From positions 31,295,319 to 31,339,039 of the forward strand of contig NC_069002.1 of assembly GCF_001194135.2 (NCBI RefSeq): 43,721 nt of DNA, in the 5' to 3' direction. A model generated the notes under the pieces. The model saw nothing but the letters and a program-made list of their open reading frames with translations, made no database searches and was not told the origin of the DNA. The translations under genes were made by a program, and so were the position numbers. This document shows positions 32,664 to 43,721 of the stretch, one piece after another (within the stretch, counting starts at the first letter, position 1; the number at the start of each line of letters is the position of its first letter). This DNA is from Octopus bimaculoides. Taxonomy: Eukaryota.

Positions 32664-33512
32664 NNNNNNNNNNNNNNNNNNNNNNNNNNNNNNNNNNNNN
32701 NNNNNNNNNNNNNNNNNNNNNNNNNNNNNNNNNNNNNNNNNNNNNNNNNNNNNNNNNNNNNNNNNNNNNNNNNNNNNNNNNNNNNNNNNNNNNNNNNNNN
32801 NNNNNNNNNNNNNNNNNNNNNNNNNNNNNNNNNNNNNNNNNNNNNNNNNNNNNNNNNNNNNNNNNNNNNNNNNNNNNNNNNNNNNNNNNNNNNNNNNNNN
32901 NNNNNNNNNNNNNNNNNNNNNNNNNNNNNNNNNNNNNNNNNNNNNNNNNNNNNNNNNNNNNNNNNNNNNNNNNNNNNNNNNNNNNNNNNNNNNNNNNNNN
33001 NNNNNNNNNNNNNNNNNNNNNNNNNNNNNNNNNNNNNNNNNNNNNNNNNNNNNNNNNNNNNNNNNNNNNNNNNNNNNNNNNNNNNNNNNNNNNNNNNNNN
33101 NNNNNNNNNNNNNNNNNNNNNNNNNNNNNNNNNNNNNNNNNNNNNNNNNNNNNNNNNNNNNNNNNNNNNNNNNNNNNNNNNNNNNNNNNNNNNNNNNNNN
33201 NNNNNNNNNNNNNNNNNNNNNNNNNNNNNNNNNNNNNNNNNNNNNNNNNNNNNNNNNNNNNNNNNNNNNNNNNNNNNNNNNNNNNNNNNNNNNNNNNNNN
33301 NNNNNNNNNNNNNNNNNNNNNNNNNNNNNNNNNNNNNNNNNNNNNNNNNNNNNNNNNNNNNNNNNNNNNNNNNNNNNNNNNNNNNNNNNNNNNNNNNNNN
33401 NNNNNNNNNNNNNNNNNNNNNNNNNNNNNNNNNNNNNNNNNNNNNNNNNNNNNNNNNNNNNNNNNNNNNNNNNNNNNNNNNNNNNNNNNNNNNNNNNNNN
33501 NNNNNNNNNNNN

Positions 33513-33585
<73 letters not shown>

Positions 33586-33639
33586 TACTTACACGCGCAC
33601 GTGCGTACACGCATATATATATATATATATATATGTGTG

Positions 33640-33676
<37 letters not shown>

Positions 33677-34399
33677 TTATTTGCAAAGACAGAGTAACGG
33701 GCGCATACACATATACACACATACATACAGGCACACACAGAAATAGAAGCAGTCGTACATTTTATTTGAGAGGGAGAAAAAGGAGGGTATATTGGATGAT
33801 TGTTGAAACGGGTAGGAAAAAATTTTGATAGGAAAAAGCCAAAAAATAAAAAATAGATAAGAGTAATGAATGAATAAGTACAGAAGAGGGTTGGGGTGTG
33901 ATTGGGTGGTGAGTGAATACGGGGAAAGACCAGGTTGCTAACAGAGGACGAGAGAGTGAAGAGAGAGGGAGGGAGGGAGAGGAAAAGAAAAAAAGAGACA
34001 GAGCTGATGATGATTGTGTTGAAGGATAACAAGGAGTAATGGAAGAAGAAGAAGAAGAAGAAGAATCTATCAAAACTGTTAACCTCGACATTTATGAAAG
34101 AGCCTAAGTTTCCAACAAGGGCACAGAAACACTGTAGTCACCTGTCCTATTCGGTGGCAGATGGCGTTCATTGAATCGGAAAGGCGACCACAAAAAAACC
34201 TATCAAAAGAAAATGTGTCTGGAAGACATCTGCCAAATAAAAGATTGCTATGGCTTCTTCTGTTGTGCTTATTGATGACCTAAATAGTTTCTAGACTGGC
34301 ATCAACCAGTTTCAGGCAATGTTAATGGACGTGTTAAGGCTTCGACTCGCTTGATAAACAGAGAGGCGAAGGCACGCTTATATACACGCGTCAGTGTTT

Positions 34400-35470
34400 T
34401 GTTACATTCACTAACGTCAATGTACTTCTCTTATTAGCAAATGATACTCTTTTCTATTTTATTACAAGCCGATAGTGTGGGACTATCTTATTAGCAAATC
34501 ATAATGTTCCTATTGTATTAGCATACGATAATGTACCAATTTTATTTGAAGTCCGTAATGTTGTATTTAGCTTCTTAACAGTCGACAAGGCACCAGTCTA
34601 TTTAGCAGACGATAGATGCATCTTTAGTTTAAGCACCTTTTGTTTTAACAGACAATAATGCACTTCTGGTTTTTGTCGGAGATAATTCACCGATTGTTTT
34701 AGCAGACGACGATGCAGCTATTTTGGGGAGACAATAGTGCAACAATTTCATCAAACGATAAAGTACCTATTATTCTAGCAAACAATGATGCATCTATTGT
34801 TTTAGCAGAAGATAATACACTTATAGTTTTATCAGACGATAATGCACGGATAGCTGTAAGATCGACAATGCATTTATTGTTTTAATAGACGAGAATGAAT
34901 CTATTGTTTTAGCAAGTAATGATGCACCTATTGTTTTAGCAAGTAATGATGCACCTATTGTTTTAGGAAAAGATAAAGTGCCTATTCTTGTTAATAAACA
35001 ATAAAGCACCTATTGTTTTAGCAGAAGATAATACGCTTATAGTTTTATCAGACGATAATGCACGGATAGCTGTAAGATCGACAATGCATTTATTGTTTTA
35101 ATAGGCGAGAATGAATCTATTGTTTTAGCAAGCAATGATGCACCTATTGTTTTAGCAGACGTTAATGCGCCTATTTTACGAGCAGATGATAATGTATCTA
35201 TTGTTTTAGCAGAAAATAAAGTGCCTATTCTTTTTAACAGACGATAACGTACCTATTATTTTAACAGATGATAACGTACCTATTATTTTAACAGACAATA
35301 GTGCACCTATTGTTTTAGCTGAGGATAAAACACATATTTTGAGAGTCATCGATAATATACCAAACTTATATTAACAGTCGTTAGTGCGCCAATTTTATAT
35401 GAAGCAGATGGTGTATTTATTTTACTAGCAAACGATATTGTACATTTTTTATTAACAATCATAATGCACC
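34400..35470. repeat. Degenerate ~27-bp minisatellite with a 216-bp higher-order duplication
   Basis: gatgcacctattgttttagcagacgat-like units; the block gcagaagataata... occurs at 34805 and 35021. Confidence 0.85.
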
Positions 35471-35820
35471 CAGATTAAAATCTGGTATCCGTGGAAATTG
35501 TTGATAATGGTGGTCTGTTGTCAATCGATTATGAGAATTCAAAGAAAAAAAATAACCTTCTATTGGTTTAGCTTGCTGTGAGGAGGTTTGATGATTTTAA
35601 AGGTTCCGGGGCTTTGCTCTTTTTTTCTGACAGTGGTGAAGAAGATGGATAGAAAGGAAAATGGAAAAGAGAGAGTGGTGATGTTGTTTGGTATGTAAAC
35701 AAGTAAATGAAGGGTAATATACCCTAACTTATTGGGAGAAGATTGTATCTATTAACATTATCAAAGGATAATAATATCGCTATTTCATTAGCCACTGGTA
35801 GTTTGTATAAATAAATACAG

Positions 35821-36070
35821 GGGCCTGACCGGCCGCTGTCTGTTTATACCGATCGCCGTCGTGACGTCAGGTGTTCGAGGAGCAAAATAGGGATAACGGC
35901 GGCCCGTCGGAGAAATGAGCCCTCGAGGTTGGGTGGCTGTTGCAGCGAGTGTCGCTGGACATTCTCTGCGGCAACGCCATCCCGGTCATTATTGCGGGAC
36001 GCGGCTGAACACTCCACTTATTCTGAGATATGTGGCCCATCACCCCCTCCTCCTAACCTCCGATGGTTCC
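35821..36070 (-). promoter_or_regulatory. CpG-rich island with CRE and TATA box (candidate promoter)
   Basis: About 22 CpGs in 250 bp by manual count; TGACGTCA at 35862-35869; TATAAA on the - strand at 35848-35843. Confidence 0.35.
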
Positions 36071-36279
36071 CCCCTTATTCTTTTCTTTCTTATACTTTCT
36101 TATCTCTCTTCTTTCCCGTTTCTTTATTTTTGAATGTTCTAATAAAATAGATCGTTTTTTTTTCCTACTTGTTACTCCTTAGTCTGAAAGGAAGTGAAAT
36201 TTATTCGGTTTCTGTGATTAAAACTATGTTCAATTCTTTATTTACATAAAAATAGTCATGCAGTTCAGAAAAAGCAAGA

Positions 36280-36590
36280 CAACTACATCAACAGACGATA
36301 CTGTGTCTATAAACAGAGGATAAATGTTACTATTTCGTTAAGAGACGAAAGCGTGCCAATTACATTAGCAGAAGATAAAGTGCATATTAACTTTATCAAC
36401 AGACGATAATGTAGTTATAACATTAACATACGGTAGTGCGTATATTAAAATATTCAGCGGACATTATATGCCTATTACATCAGCAGACGACAATGTGTCA
36501 ATCAATAGACGATACTGTTACTCTTTCATTAACAGACGATAGTGTACCTATTCTTTTTAGCAGACAACAATGTGTCCATTAACTTTATGA
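36280..36590. repeat. Second block of the same ~27-bp minisatellite family
   Basis: aacagacgatagtgtacctatt and agcagacgacaatgtgtc units. Confidence 0.75.
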
Positions 36591-36877
36591 ATCCCAATCT
36601 TTTTCATGGTTTTGGATGGAAGTTACTCTTGAAAACATTCCTTCAACCGTGATATTGCTAAATGGCATGCTACAAACAGGCATTGTATATTCCAGCAATC
36701 TCGTCTCAACAGCTGCATTTGAGTCTTACTGCTTTTCACAATCATTTCTCCACTTTTAAATTGGTCGCCCAAAGCTAAAATAGAAGTTGCGAGAGATGGC
36801 TCAACTTGACTTACACAATTGTTTAAAAAAATTTTTTAATTTGTTATGAAAGGTTTTAATATTTCTAGGTATACCTT

Positions 36878-37045
36878 AGCGGTATTTCATCTGTCTTTAC
36901 GTTCTGAGTTCAAATTCCGCCGAGGTCGACTTTGCCTTTCATCCTTTCGAAGTCGATAAATTAAGTACCAGTTGCGTACTGGGTTCAATCTAACCGACTG
37001 GCTCTCTCCCCCAAAATTTCGCGCCTTGTATCTAGAGTAGAAGAG
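36878..37045 (+). mobile_element. SINE family B, young-looking, 5'-truncated
   Basis: gttctgagttcaaattccgccgaggtcgactttgcctttcatcctttcgaagtcgataaattaagtaccag. Confidence 0.9.
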
Positions 37046-37571
37046 AATATTTCTAGGTATACAGTTCAATAGTTCTTTGTATGCCCGTCTTAAAAAAGAA
37101 AAANNNNNNNNNNNNNNNNNNNNNNNNNNNNNNNNNNNNNNNNNNNNNNNNNNNNNNNNNNNNNNNNNNNNNNNNNNNNNNNNNNNNNNNNNNNNNNNNN
37201 NNNNNNNNNNNNNNNNNNNNNNNNNNNNNNNNNNNNNNNNNNNNNNNNNNNNNNNNNNNNNNNNNNNNNNNNNNNNNNNNNNNNNNNNNNNNNNNNNNNN
37301 NNNNNNNNNNNNNNNNNNNNNNNNNNNNNNNNNNNNNNNNNNNNNNNNNNNNNNNNNNNNNNNNNNNNNNNNNNNNNNNNNNNNNNNNNNNNNNNNNNNN
37401 NNNNNNNNNNNNNNNNNNNNNNNNNNNNNNNNNNNNNNNNNNNNNNNNNNNNNNNNNNNNNNNNNNNNNNNNNNNNNNNNNNNNNNNNNNNNNNNNNNNN
37501 NNNNNNNNNNNNNNNNNNNNNNNNNNNNNNNNNNNNNNNNNNNNNNNNNNNNNNNNNNNNNNNNNNNNNNN

Positions 37572-37631
<60 letters not shown>

Positions 37632-37682
37632 TATTGTTATGATCATTATTATTATTATTAACATTTCTGTTATTGTTGTCAC

Positions 37683-37760
<78 letters not shown>

Positions 37761-37800
37761 CATCATCATTATTATTATTATTATTATTGTTATTGCTATT
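37572..37800. repeat. (CAT)n/(ATT)n compound microsatellite
   Basis: Direct reading. Confidence 0.95.
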
Positions 37801-37804
37801 ATTC

Positions 37805-37925
37805 ATCTTTGCCTTTCATCCTTTCGGGGTCGATAAATTAAGTACCAGTTGAGTATTGGGGTCGATGTAATCGACTATCTCCCTCCCCCAAATTTCAGGT
37901 CTTGTGTCCATAGAAAGGATTATTA
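37805..37925 (+). mobile_element. SINE family B 3' half
   Basis: ctttgcctttcatcctttcggggtcgataaattaagtaccagttgagtattggggtcgatgtaatcgac. Confidence 0.9.
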
Positions 37926-38050
37926 TTATTGTTGTTGTTGTTGTTACTTCCAAATGCTGCAAACAAGTTCGGTTCTCTTTATTCTATCATGGAACCTCTT
38001 TGGTCAGTCAAAGCTAAAAGAAACAAATTGCAAAATATGGGTTGGCATGT

Positions 38051-38279
38051 TTTTATCTTTTCTTTTACTTGTTTCATTCATTCAACTGTGGCCATGCTGG
38101 GGCACCGCCTTGAAGTTTTTTTTTTCTTTTGTTTAGTCGAACGAATCGCCTCAAGTACTTATACTTTCTTTAAGCTCTCTGTCACTTTTAGCCGAACCAA
38201 TAAGTTGCGGAGACATAAACAAACCAAGACCGTTATCAGACGATGATGGAAGACAAACACACACAGACACGCACATACA

Positions 38280-38314
<35 letters not shown>

Positions 38315-38462
38315 TCATGCGGCGGGCTTCTTTCAGTTTCCATCTACCAAATCCATTCAACAGTCTTTGGTCGGCCCAGAAGACAGTTGCCCAAGGTAAC
38401 ACGCAGTGGGATTGAACCTGGAACCATGTGGTTTGGAAACAAACTTTTTATCTCACAGCCAT
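38051..38462 (-). mobile_element. SINE family C
   Basis: Tail, internal (CA)n and head all present. Confidence 0.85.
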
Positions 38463-38832
38463 TACTTGGTGAAACTTTAAAACAAAACAAAAAAACTTTC
38501 GAAGGGTTTTCGATATTTCTAGACACACAGGTAACTCATTCTTTGTATGCCCATCTCATAAAGCTTAGAGACGTGGTTGTGCGACATGCTAGAAATAGCA
38601 ACCAAACATCCATCACTTCCCACTACACATTCTTAAATAATAGGGATTACATTGGGGGGTGGCGGGGGAAGAAAGAATTAGATTATCCTGCAATGTTTAA
38701 GGTAATGTTTTAGCATTAGTCTGACTTTTCTGTAATTTCAACCAATCACTGACGTCTATTCAGCTGAATACAGTTACTGCTGTTCGGTGTCAAGTGTGTT
38801 ATTCCCTGTTTAATTATATCATTATTCCCTAG

Positions 38833-39062
38833 TAAGGGTTTAGGGTTTTAGGGTTAGGGTTCGGGTTTTAGGGTTAGGGTTAGGGTTTTAGGGTTAGGGT
38901 TGGGGTTAAGGTTGGGGTTGGGGTTAGGGTTAGGGTTATGGTTATGAGTTATAGGGTTAGAGTTAAGGTTATGGCAAAAATAATCATAACCTTAACCGTA
39001 ATCCTAAAACTAACCCTAACTCTAAAACCCGAACCCTAACCCTAGAACCCTAAAGCTAAAAC
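38833..39062. repeat. Interstitial telomere-like array in inverted (TTAGGG)n-(CCCTAA)n orientation
   Basis: G-rich arm 38833-38974, spacer caaaaataa, C-rich arm 38984-39062. Confidence 0.9.
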
Positions 39063-39696
39063 CAGTACAAACGCACGAACGATGTCATAAATAAGAGTAA
39101 CACGGGTAGTTGTTGACAAACAACGGGACTAATTTTATTCAAGGGAAAAGATCCCATGACACCGTTACGNNNNNNNNNNNNNNNNNNNNNNNNNNNNNNN
39201 NNNNNNNNNNNNNNNNNNNNNNNNNNNNNNNNNNNNNNNNNNNNNNNNNNNNNNNNNNNNNNNNNNNNNNNNNNNNNNNNNNNNNNNNNNNNNNNNNNNN
39301 NNNNNNNNNNNNNNNNNNNNNNNNNNNNNNNNNNNNNNNNNNNNNNNNNNNNNNNNNNNNNNNNNNNNNNNNNNNNNNNNNNNNNNNNNNNNNNNNNNNN
39401 NNNNNNNNNNNNNNNNNNNNNNNNNNNNNNNNNNNNNNNNNNNNNNNNNNNNNNNNNNNNNNNNNNNNNNNNNNNNNNNNNNNNNNNNNNNNNNNNNNNN
39501 NNNNNNNNNNNNNNNNNNNNNNNNNNNNNNNNNNNNNNNNNNNNNNNNNNNNNNNNNNNNNNNNNNNNNNNNNNNNNNNNNNNNNNNNNNNNNNNNNNNN
39601 NNNNNNNNNNNNNNNNNNNNNNNNNNNNNTAAAATAAGTACCGGTTTCTATGGCGTATGTGTCCACCCACACCCAGTCCATCGCAGCGTTACTCGA

Positions 39697-39874
39697 GAAA
39701 CAGGAAGAAAAAGTGAGAGAAAGTTGTGGCGAAGGAGTACAGCAGGGTTCGCCACCATCCCCTGCCGGAGCCTCGTGGAGATTTTAGGTGTTTTCGCTCA
39801 ATAAACACACACACAAATCTCGGTCTAGGAATCGAAACCGCGACCCTCCCTAACCACTGGGCCATTGCGCCTCC
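39697..39874 (-). mobile_element. SINE family A, 5' half
   Basis: Minus-strand head GGAGGCGCAATGGCCCAGTGGTTAGGG and GGTTTCGATTCC. Confidence 0.9.
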
Positions 39875-39997
39875 TATTGAAACAAGTACAAGATATAAAT
39901 TAAAAGACATATAATGTTTCCTTCAACAATTTGTCAGAAACGTTTTGTTAACGAGTAGCGCTTTAATAGCTATTCTATAATATAACCACTCACCCAT

Positions 39998-40160
39998 ACT
40001 CTTTTACTCTTTTACTTGTTTCAGTCATTTGACTGTGGCCATGCTGGAGCACCACCTTTAGATGCCTAGCACTTATTCTATCGGTCTCTTTTGCCGAACC
40101 GCTAAGTTACGGGGACGTAAATACACCAGCATCGGTTGTCAAGCGATGTTGGGGGGACAA

Positions 40161-40205
<45 letters not shown>

Positions 40206-40370
40206 TACGTCGGGCTTCTTTCAGTTTCCCTCTACCAAAGCCACTCACAAGACTTTGGTCGGCCCGAGGCTATAGTAGAAGACACTTGCCCAAGGTGCCA
40301 CGCAATGGGAATGAACCCGGAACCATGTGGTTGGTAAGCAAGCTACTTACCACACCACCACTCCTGCGCC
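39998..40370 (-). mobile_element. SINE family C, full length
   Basis: (TACTCTTT)n tail complement, internal (CA)(TA)n, and head ending ctcctgcgcc. Confidence 0.9.
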
Positions 40371-40929
40371 TAATGAAATAAATACGGATAGAAAGCAAAA
40401 GTTCCCAGAATTTTTATGTTACTGACTCTTCTCAATTTATGCATTTCTTTTATAAATAGCTTTGGTAAATTACAGCATCAAGTCACTTAATTCTTTAATA
40501 ATAACAGCGTCTCTGTGATTTCATTTTGTTTTTTATTTATTCCTCCAAGATTATACATTCAGAATAGAATGTGGATCAAAGTTTTTAAGACTATAGCAAC
40601 GTACGTTTCATTTAATCTATTTCTAAATTTTAACTGATTCGCCAAAAAAAAATATATCATTAATATAAATTTTGAAATTAAATAGAAAAGTAGTGGGTTT
40701 GTAGCTAGACAAAAGTAGCGCAATCTGCTGCTTTTATGCCGATCTAATACTTCTTGACGCTATCACCTGCTCCACTACACTAACAACGATACAGACCACC
40801 ACGCACCAAAACCAACACCCCCCCCCCGCTTACTAATACACTAATTAATACTAATGACAATGTACTAACACCCACACATTAAGACGCTCCAACACTAATA
40901 CGCGCGCGCGCGCGCACATACAATCATAT

Positions 40930-41085
40930 GCTAAGATTAACACATAATCTAATACAGACACATACACATACACACACGCACACACACGCCAACACAGCAT
41001 GCGCTCCAACACATCAACATAACACACACACCGATCAGCAGCAGCAGCATCATCGTCATCATCATCGTCATCGTCATTGTCATCG

Positions 41086-41117
<32 letters not shown>

Positions 41118-41369
41118 GTCATCATCATTGTCATCGTCATCACCATCATCGCATTGACATACACCAACGCAGAAATATTTTTATACAACCAACACACAAA
41201 CACACTCAGACTCACGCGCGCGCGCGCACATACACATGTACACACACACTTACACACACACACTTACACACACACACTTACACACACACACTTACACACA
41301 CACACGTACACGCCAATGCACCAACACAAACACACGTCGTCACATGATAACGTTAACGCGAAAACTCCA

Positions 41370-41402
<33 letters not shown>

Positions 41403-42500
41403 CACACACGCGTCAACACATCAGCACCTACACACACTCAAACACATCAACACCTACACACACGCACATACATACACACCACCAACACACACACCATCAC
41501 ACAATACCAGCACAGACTCCAACACACAAACGCACACATACACACATACATGCACACACATCATTACACACCAACGTGCCACCACAAACCCGCCATCACA
41601 CACCACCAACGCACACATACCCACACACACATACACACACGCACACACATACACACACGTACACACCACCAACACGCACACACATACACACACACACCAA
41701 ATCGTCAGTACCATCACACGGCTCTAACACACACTAACACACACACACACACGCCATTACACGCCAAACAAATATCCGCAACACACACACGCACATACAT
41801 ACACACCACCAACACACACANNNNNNNNNNNNNNNNNNNNNNNNNNNNNNNNNNNNNNNNNNNNNNNNNNNNNNNNNNNNNNNNNNNNNNNNNNNNNNNN
41901 NNNNNNNNNNNNNNNNNNNNNNNNNNNNNNNNNNNNNNNNNNNNNNNNNNNNNNNNNNNNNNNNNNNNNNNNNNNNNNNNNNNNNNNNNNNNNNNNNNNN
42001 NNNNNNNNNNNNNNNNNNNNNNNNNNNNNNNNNNNNNNNNNNNNNNNNNNNNNNNNNNNNNNNNNNNNNNNNNNNNNNNNNNNNNNNNNNNNNNNNNNNN
42101 NNNNNNNNNNNNNNNNNNNNNNNNNNNNNNNNNNNNNNNNNNNNNNNNNNNNNNNNNNNNNNNNNNNNNNNNNNNNNNNNNNNNNNNNNNNNNNNNNNNN
42201 NNNNNNNNNNNNNNNNNNNNNNNNNNNNNNNNNNNNNNNNNNNNNNNNNNNNNNNNNNNNNNNNNNNNNNNNNNNNNNNNNNNNNNNNNNNNNNNNNNNN
42301 NNNNNNNNNNNNNNNNNNNNNNNNNNNNNCCAACACACAAACGCACACATACACACATACATGCACACACATCATTACACACCAACGTGCCACCACAAAC
42401 ACGCCATCACACACCACCAACACACACACTCACACCCACACACATACACACACACCACCAACACGAACATACAAACACACACGCACACACACACACACAC
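40930..42500. repeat. CA-rich low-complexity/satellite region with a (CAT)n block
   Basis: Degenerate (CA)n; the block caacacacaaacgcacacatacacacatacatgc recurs at about 41520 and 42331. Confidence 0.9.
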
Positions 42501-42661
42501 GTACACATCTCTTTTCCCTTCTACAAGTTGTTCCTTCTTACACCGGAAGTCTGTTTCTTTTATTTAATCCTTTTGTCAATAAACTCATCTATTCTGATTT
42601 GGACGATTTCGTCATACATTGTATGTGTGTGTTTGTATATACGTGTATGTGTATATGTATG

Positions 42662-43060
42662 TACGAGGTATGATCAATAAGTATCTGGACTGTTGCCATA
42701 GTAATGAAGCTAAATCACGCAGAGTGAAGCGGCTTGGCAAAAATTGACCTTGAACTCTGCTGTGCATGCGCACTAAGTTTTAACGTTCTAGCCCACTTCC
42801 GTTGTTTACAGCAGTGCTTGGAAGGAACGTGTGTAGCGTATAATCGTCGCATTGATTGAATCTGCATCAAATTTTGCCAAAAAGCTTGGCGATACCTGCT
42901 CAGAGGCCGACGCAAAGTTGCAGAAAGCGTATGGAGAGGAGTGTTTTCAGCTGGAATAATGTCGACAATAACGAACGTTCTGGGAGACCCGCAACCAGAA
43001 GAACTGAGAAAAACATCACAGATGTGCATGCAGCTGTGAGGGGAAATCGTTGAATCACCA
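42662..43060 (+). mobile_element. Mariner transposon 5' relic
   Basis: TIR TACGAGGTATGATCAATAAGTATCTGGAC; frameshifted ICIKFCQKLGDTCSEADAKLQKAYGEE...VDNNERSGRPATRRTEKNITDVHAAVRGNR. Confidence 0.85.
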
Positions 43061-43109
43061 ATGCATCAATGAAAATGGATACCACATGATGGATGTTTCC
43101 TTCACTTAA

Positions 43110-43226
43110 TTTTGACAAATGCTAATTCAATACAAACACATTGATGTCAATAAAATTTGTCTGCAGCTAAAATTAATGATTTCATGAATTTTTCAAAAAC
43201 GTTCGTCCTCTCTGCTTCACCCTGTA
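43110..43226. mobile_element. Possible Tc1/mariner-superfamily terminus (different family)
   Basis: Ends CACCCTGTA (complement of TACAGGGTG). A similar TACAGGGTG start occurs at 15681. No partner TIR is evident. Confidence 0.3.
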
Positions 43227-43683
43227 TCTAGGCCATTATTCAGCGCTATTTCATGATTTCTTGCCGGTAGAGGAGCCGGCTTCCAGTCCAAATCCAAGGC
43301 TCTTTCATTGGAATTTCAACAACAATGGTATTTCTGCATGTATGTGCAGTATTTGGAGTCAGTGCATGTGCAGCTTTGTATGTTTCGTTTTATGCGTGTA
43401 TTCTCGTGCATATCGTTTGTTGCATGTCTAGACATGCGCTTACATACACTTAAATGATAAACTTCCGGAAAGTTTTACAGTTTTTTATAGTCCCAGTGAC
43501 GGCTTCGATTTGTAGTCTTCGAACATGTATGTATGTATGTATGTATGTGTGTGTGTATATATGTATGTGTATATATATGTATGTATCTAATAAGGAAAAA
43601 ACGTAGTACATACTACAACGCCCTGCACGCTTTTGAGCATCAGCTGTAGTCTTCCATGCGTGTAGTTATATGTATATATATAC

Positions 43684-43721
<38 letters not shown>

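Noticed and set aside
34142-34199. Possible 58-bp minus-strand exon (ttttcttttgatAG...CAG/GTGACT) reading FFCGRLSDSMNAICHRIGQ, faintly like an insulin B chain
   Set aside because: Cys spacing is x10 rather than x11, I found no partner exon or clean upstream donor, and splice signals alone are weak evidence. RNA-seq would settle it.
38833-39062. True chromosome end or bona fide ancient telomere fusion
   Set aside because: Only about 230 bp, internal and degenerate; mirror-identical variant repeats with asymmetric flanks fit a local foldback better. Retained as a finding under that reading.
41154-42680. 508-aa His/Thr-rich ORF
   Set aside because: Translation of CA-rich repeats, which lack stop codons, plus a 509-N gap; no domain content.

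Overview
AT-rich, microsatellite-rich animal (non-vertebrate-looking) draft genomic DNA with about 13 N-gaps. The repeat landscape, with several very abundant tRNA-derived SINEs plus (TA)n, (CA)n and (ATT)n arrays, looks to me like octopus or another cephalopod; this is an inference and was not checked by search. There is one convincing protein-coding region: a single-exon ORF for a multi-zinc-finger protein (13359/13416-14930, +) with 8 C2H2/C2HC fingers and an extra C4 module. The rest is mostly transposon debris: about 30 SINE copies of at least five families, RTE, CR1/Jockey-type and Tx1/L1-type LINE fragments, two mariner relics, hAT- and piggyBac-type MITEs, a Helitron-like element, several foldback palindromes and minisatellites. 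The leads most worth following are the unusual zinc-finger architecture, a mirror-symmetric TTAGGG/CCCTAA foldback, four hammerhead-ribozyme-core-like motifs, a minisatellite whose units carry splice-donor consensus, a CRE+TATA CpG-rich island, and a high density of long hairpins. No prokaryotic systems, CRISPR arrays, rRNA or intact tRNA genes are supported. Almost all other long ORFs in the track are artefacts of N-runs or simple repeats.
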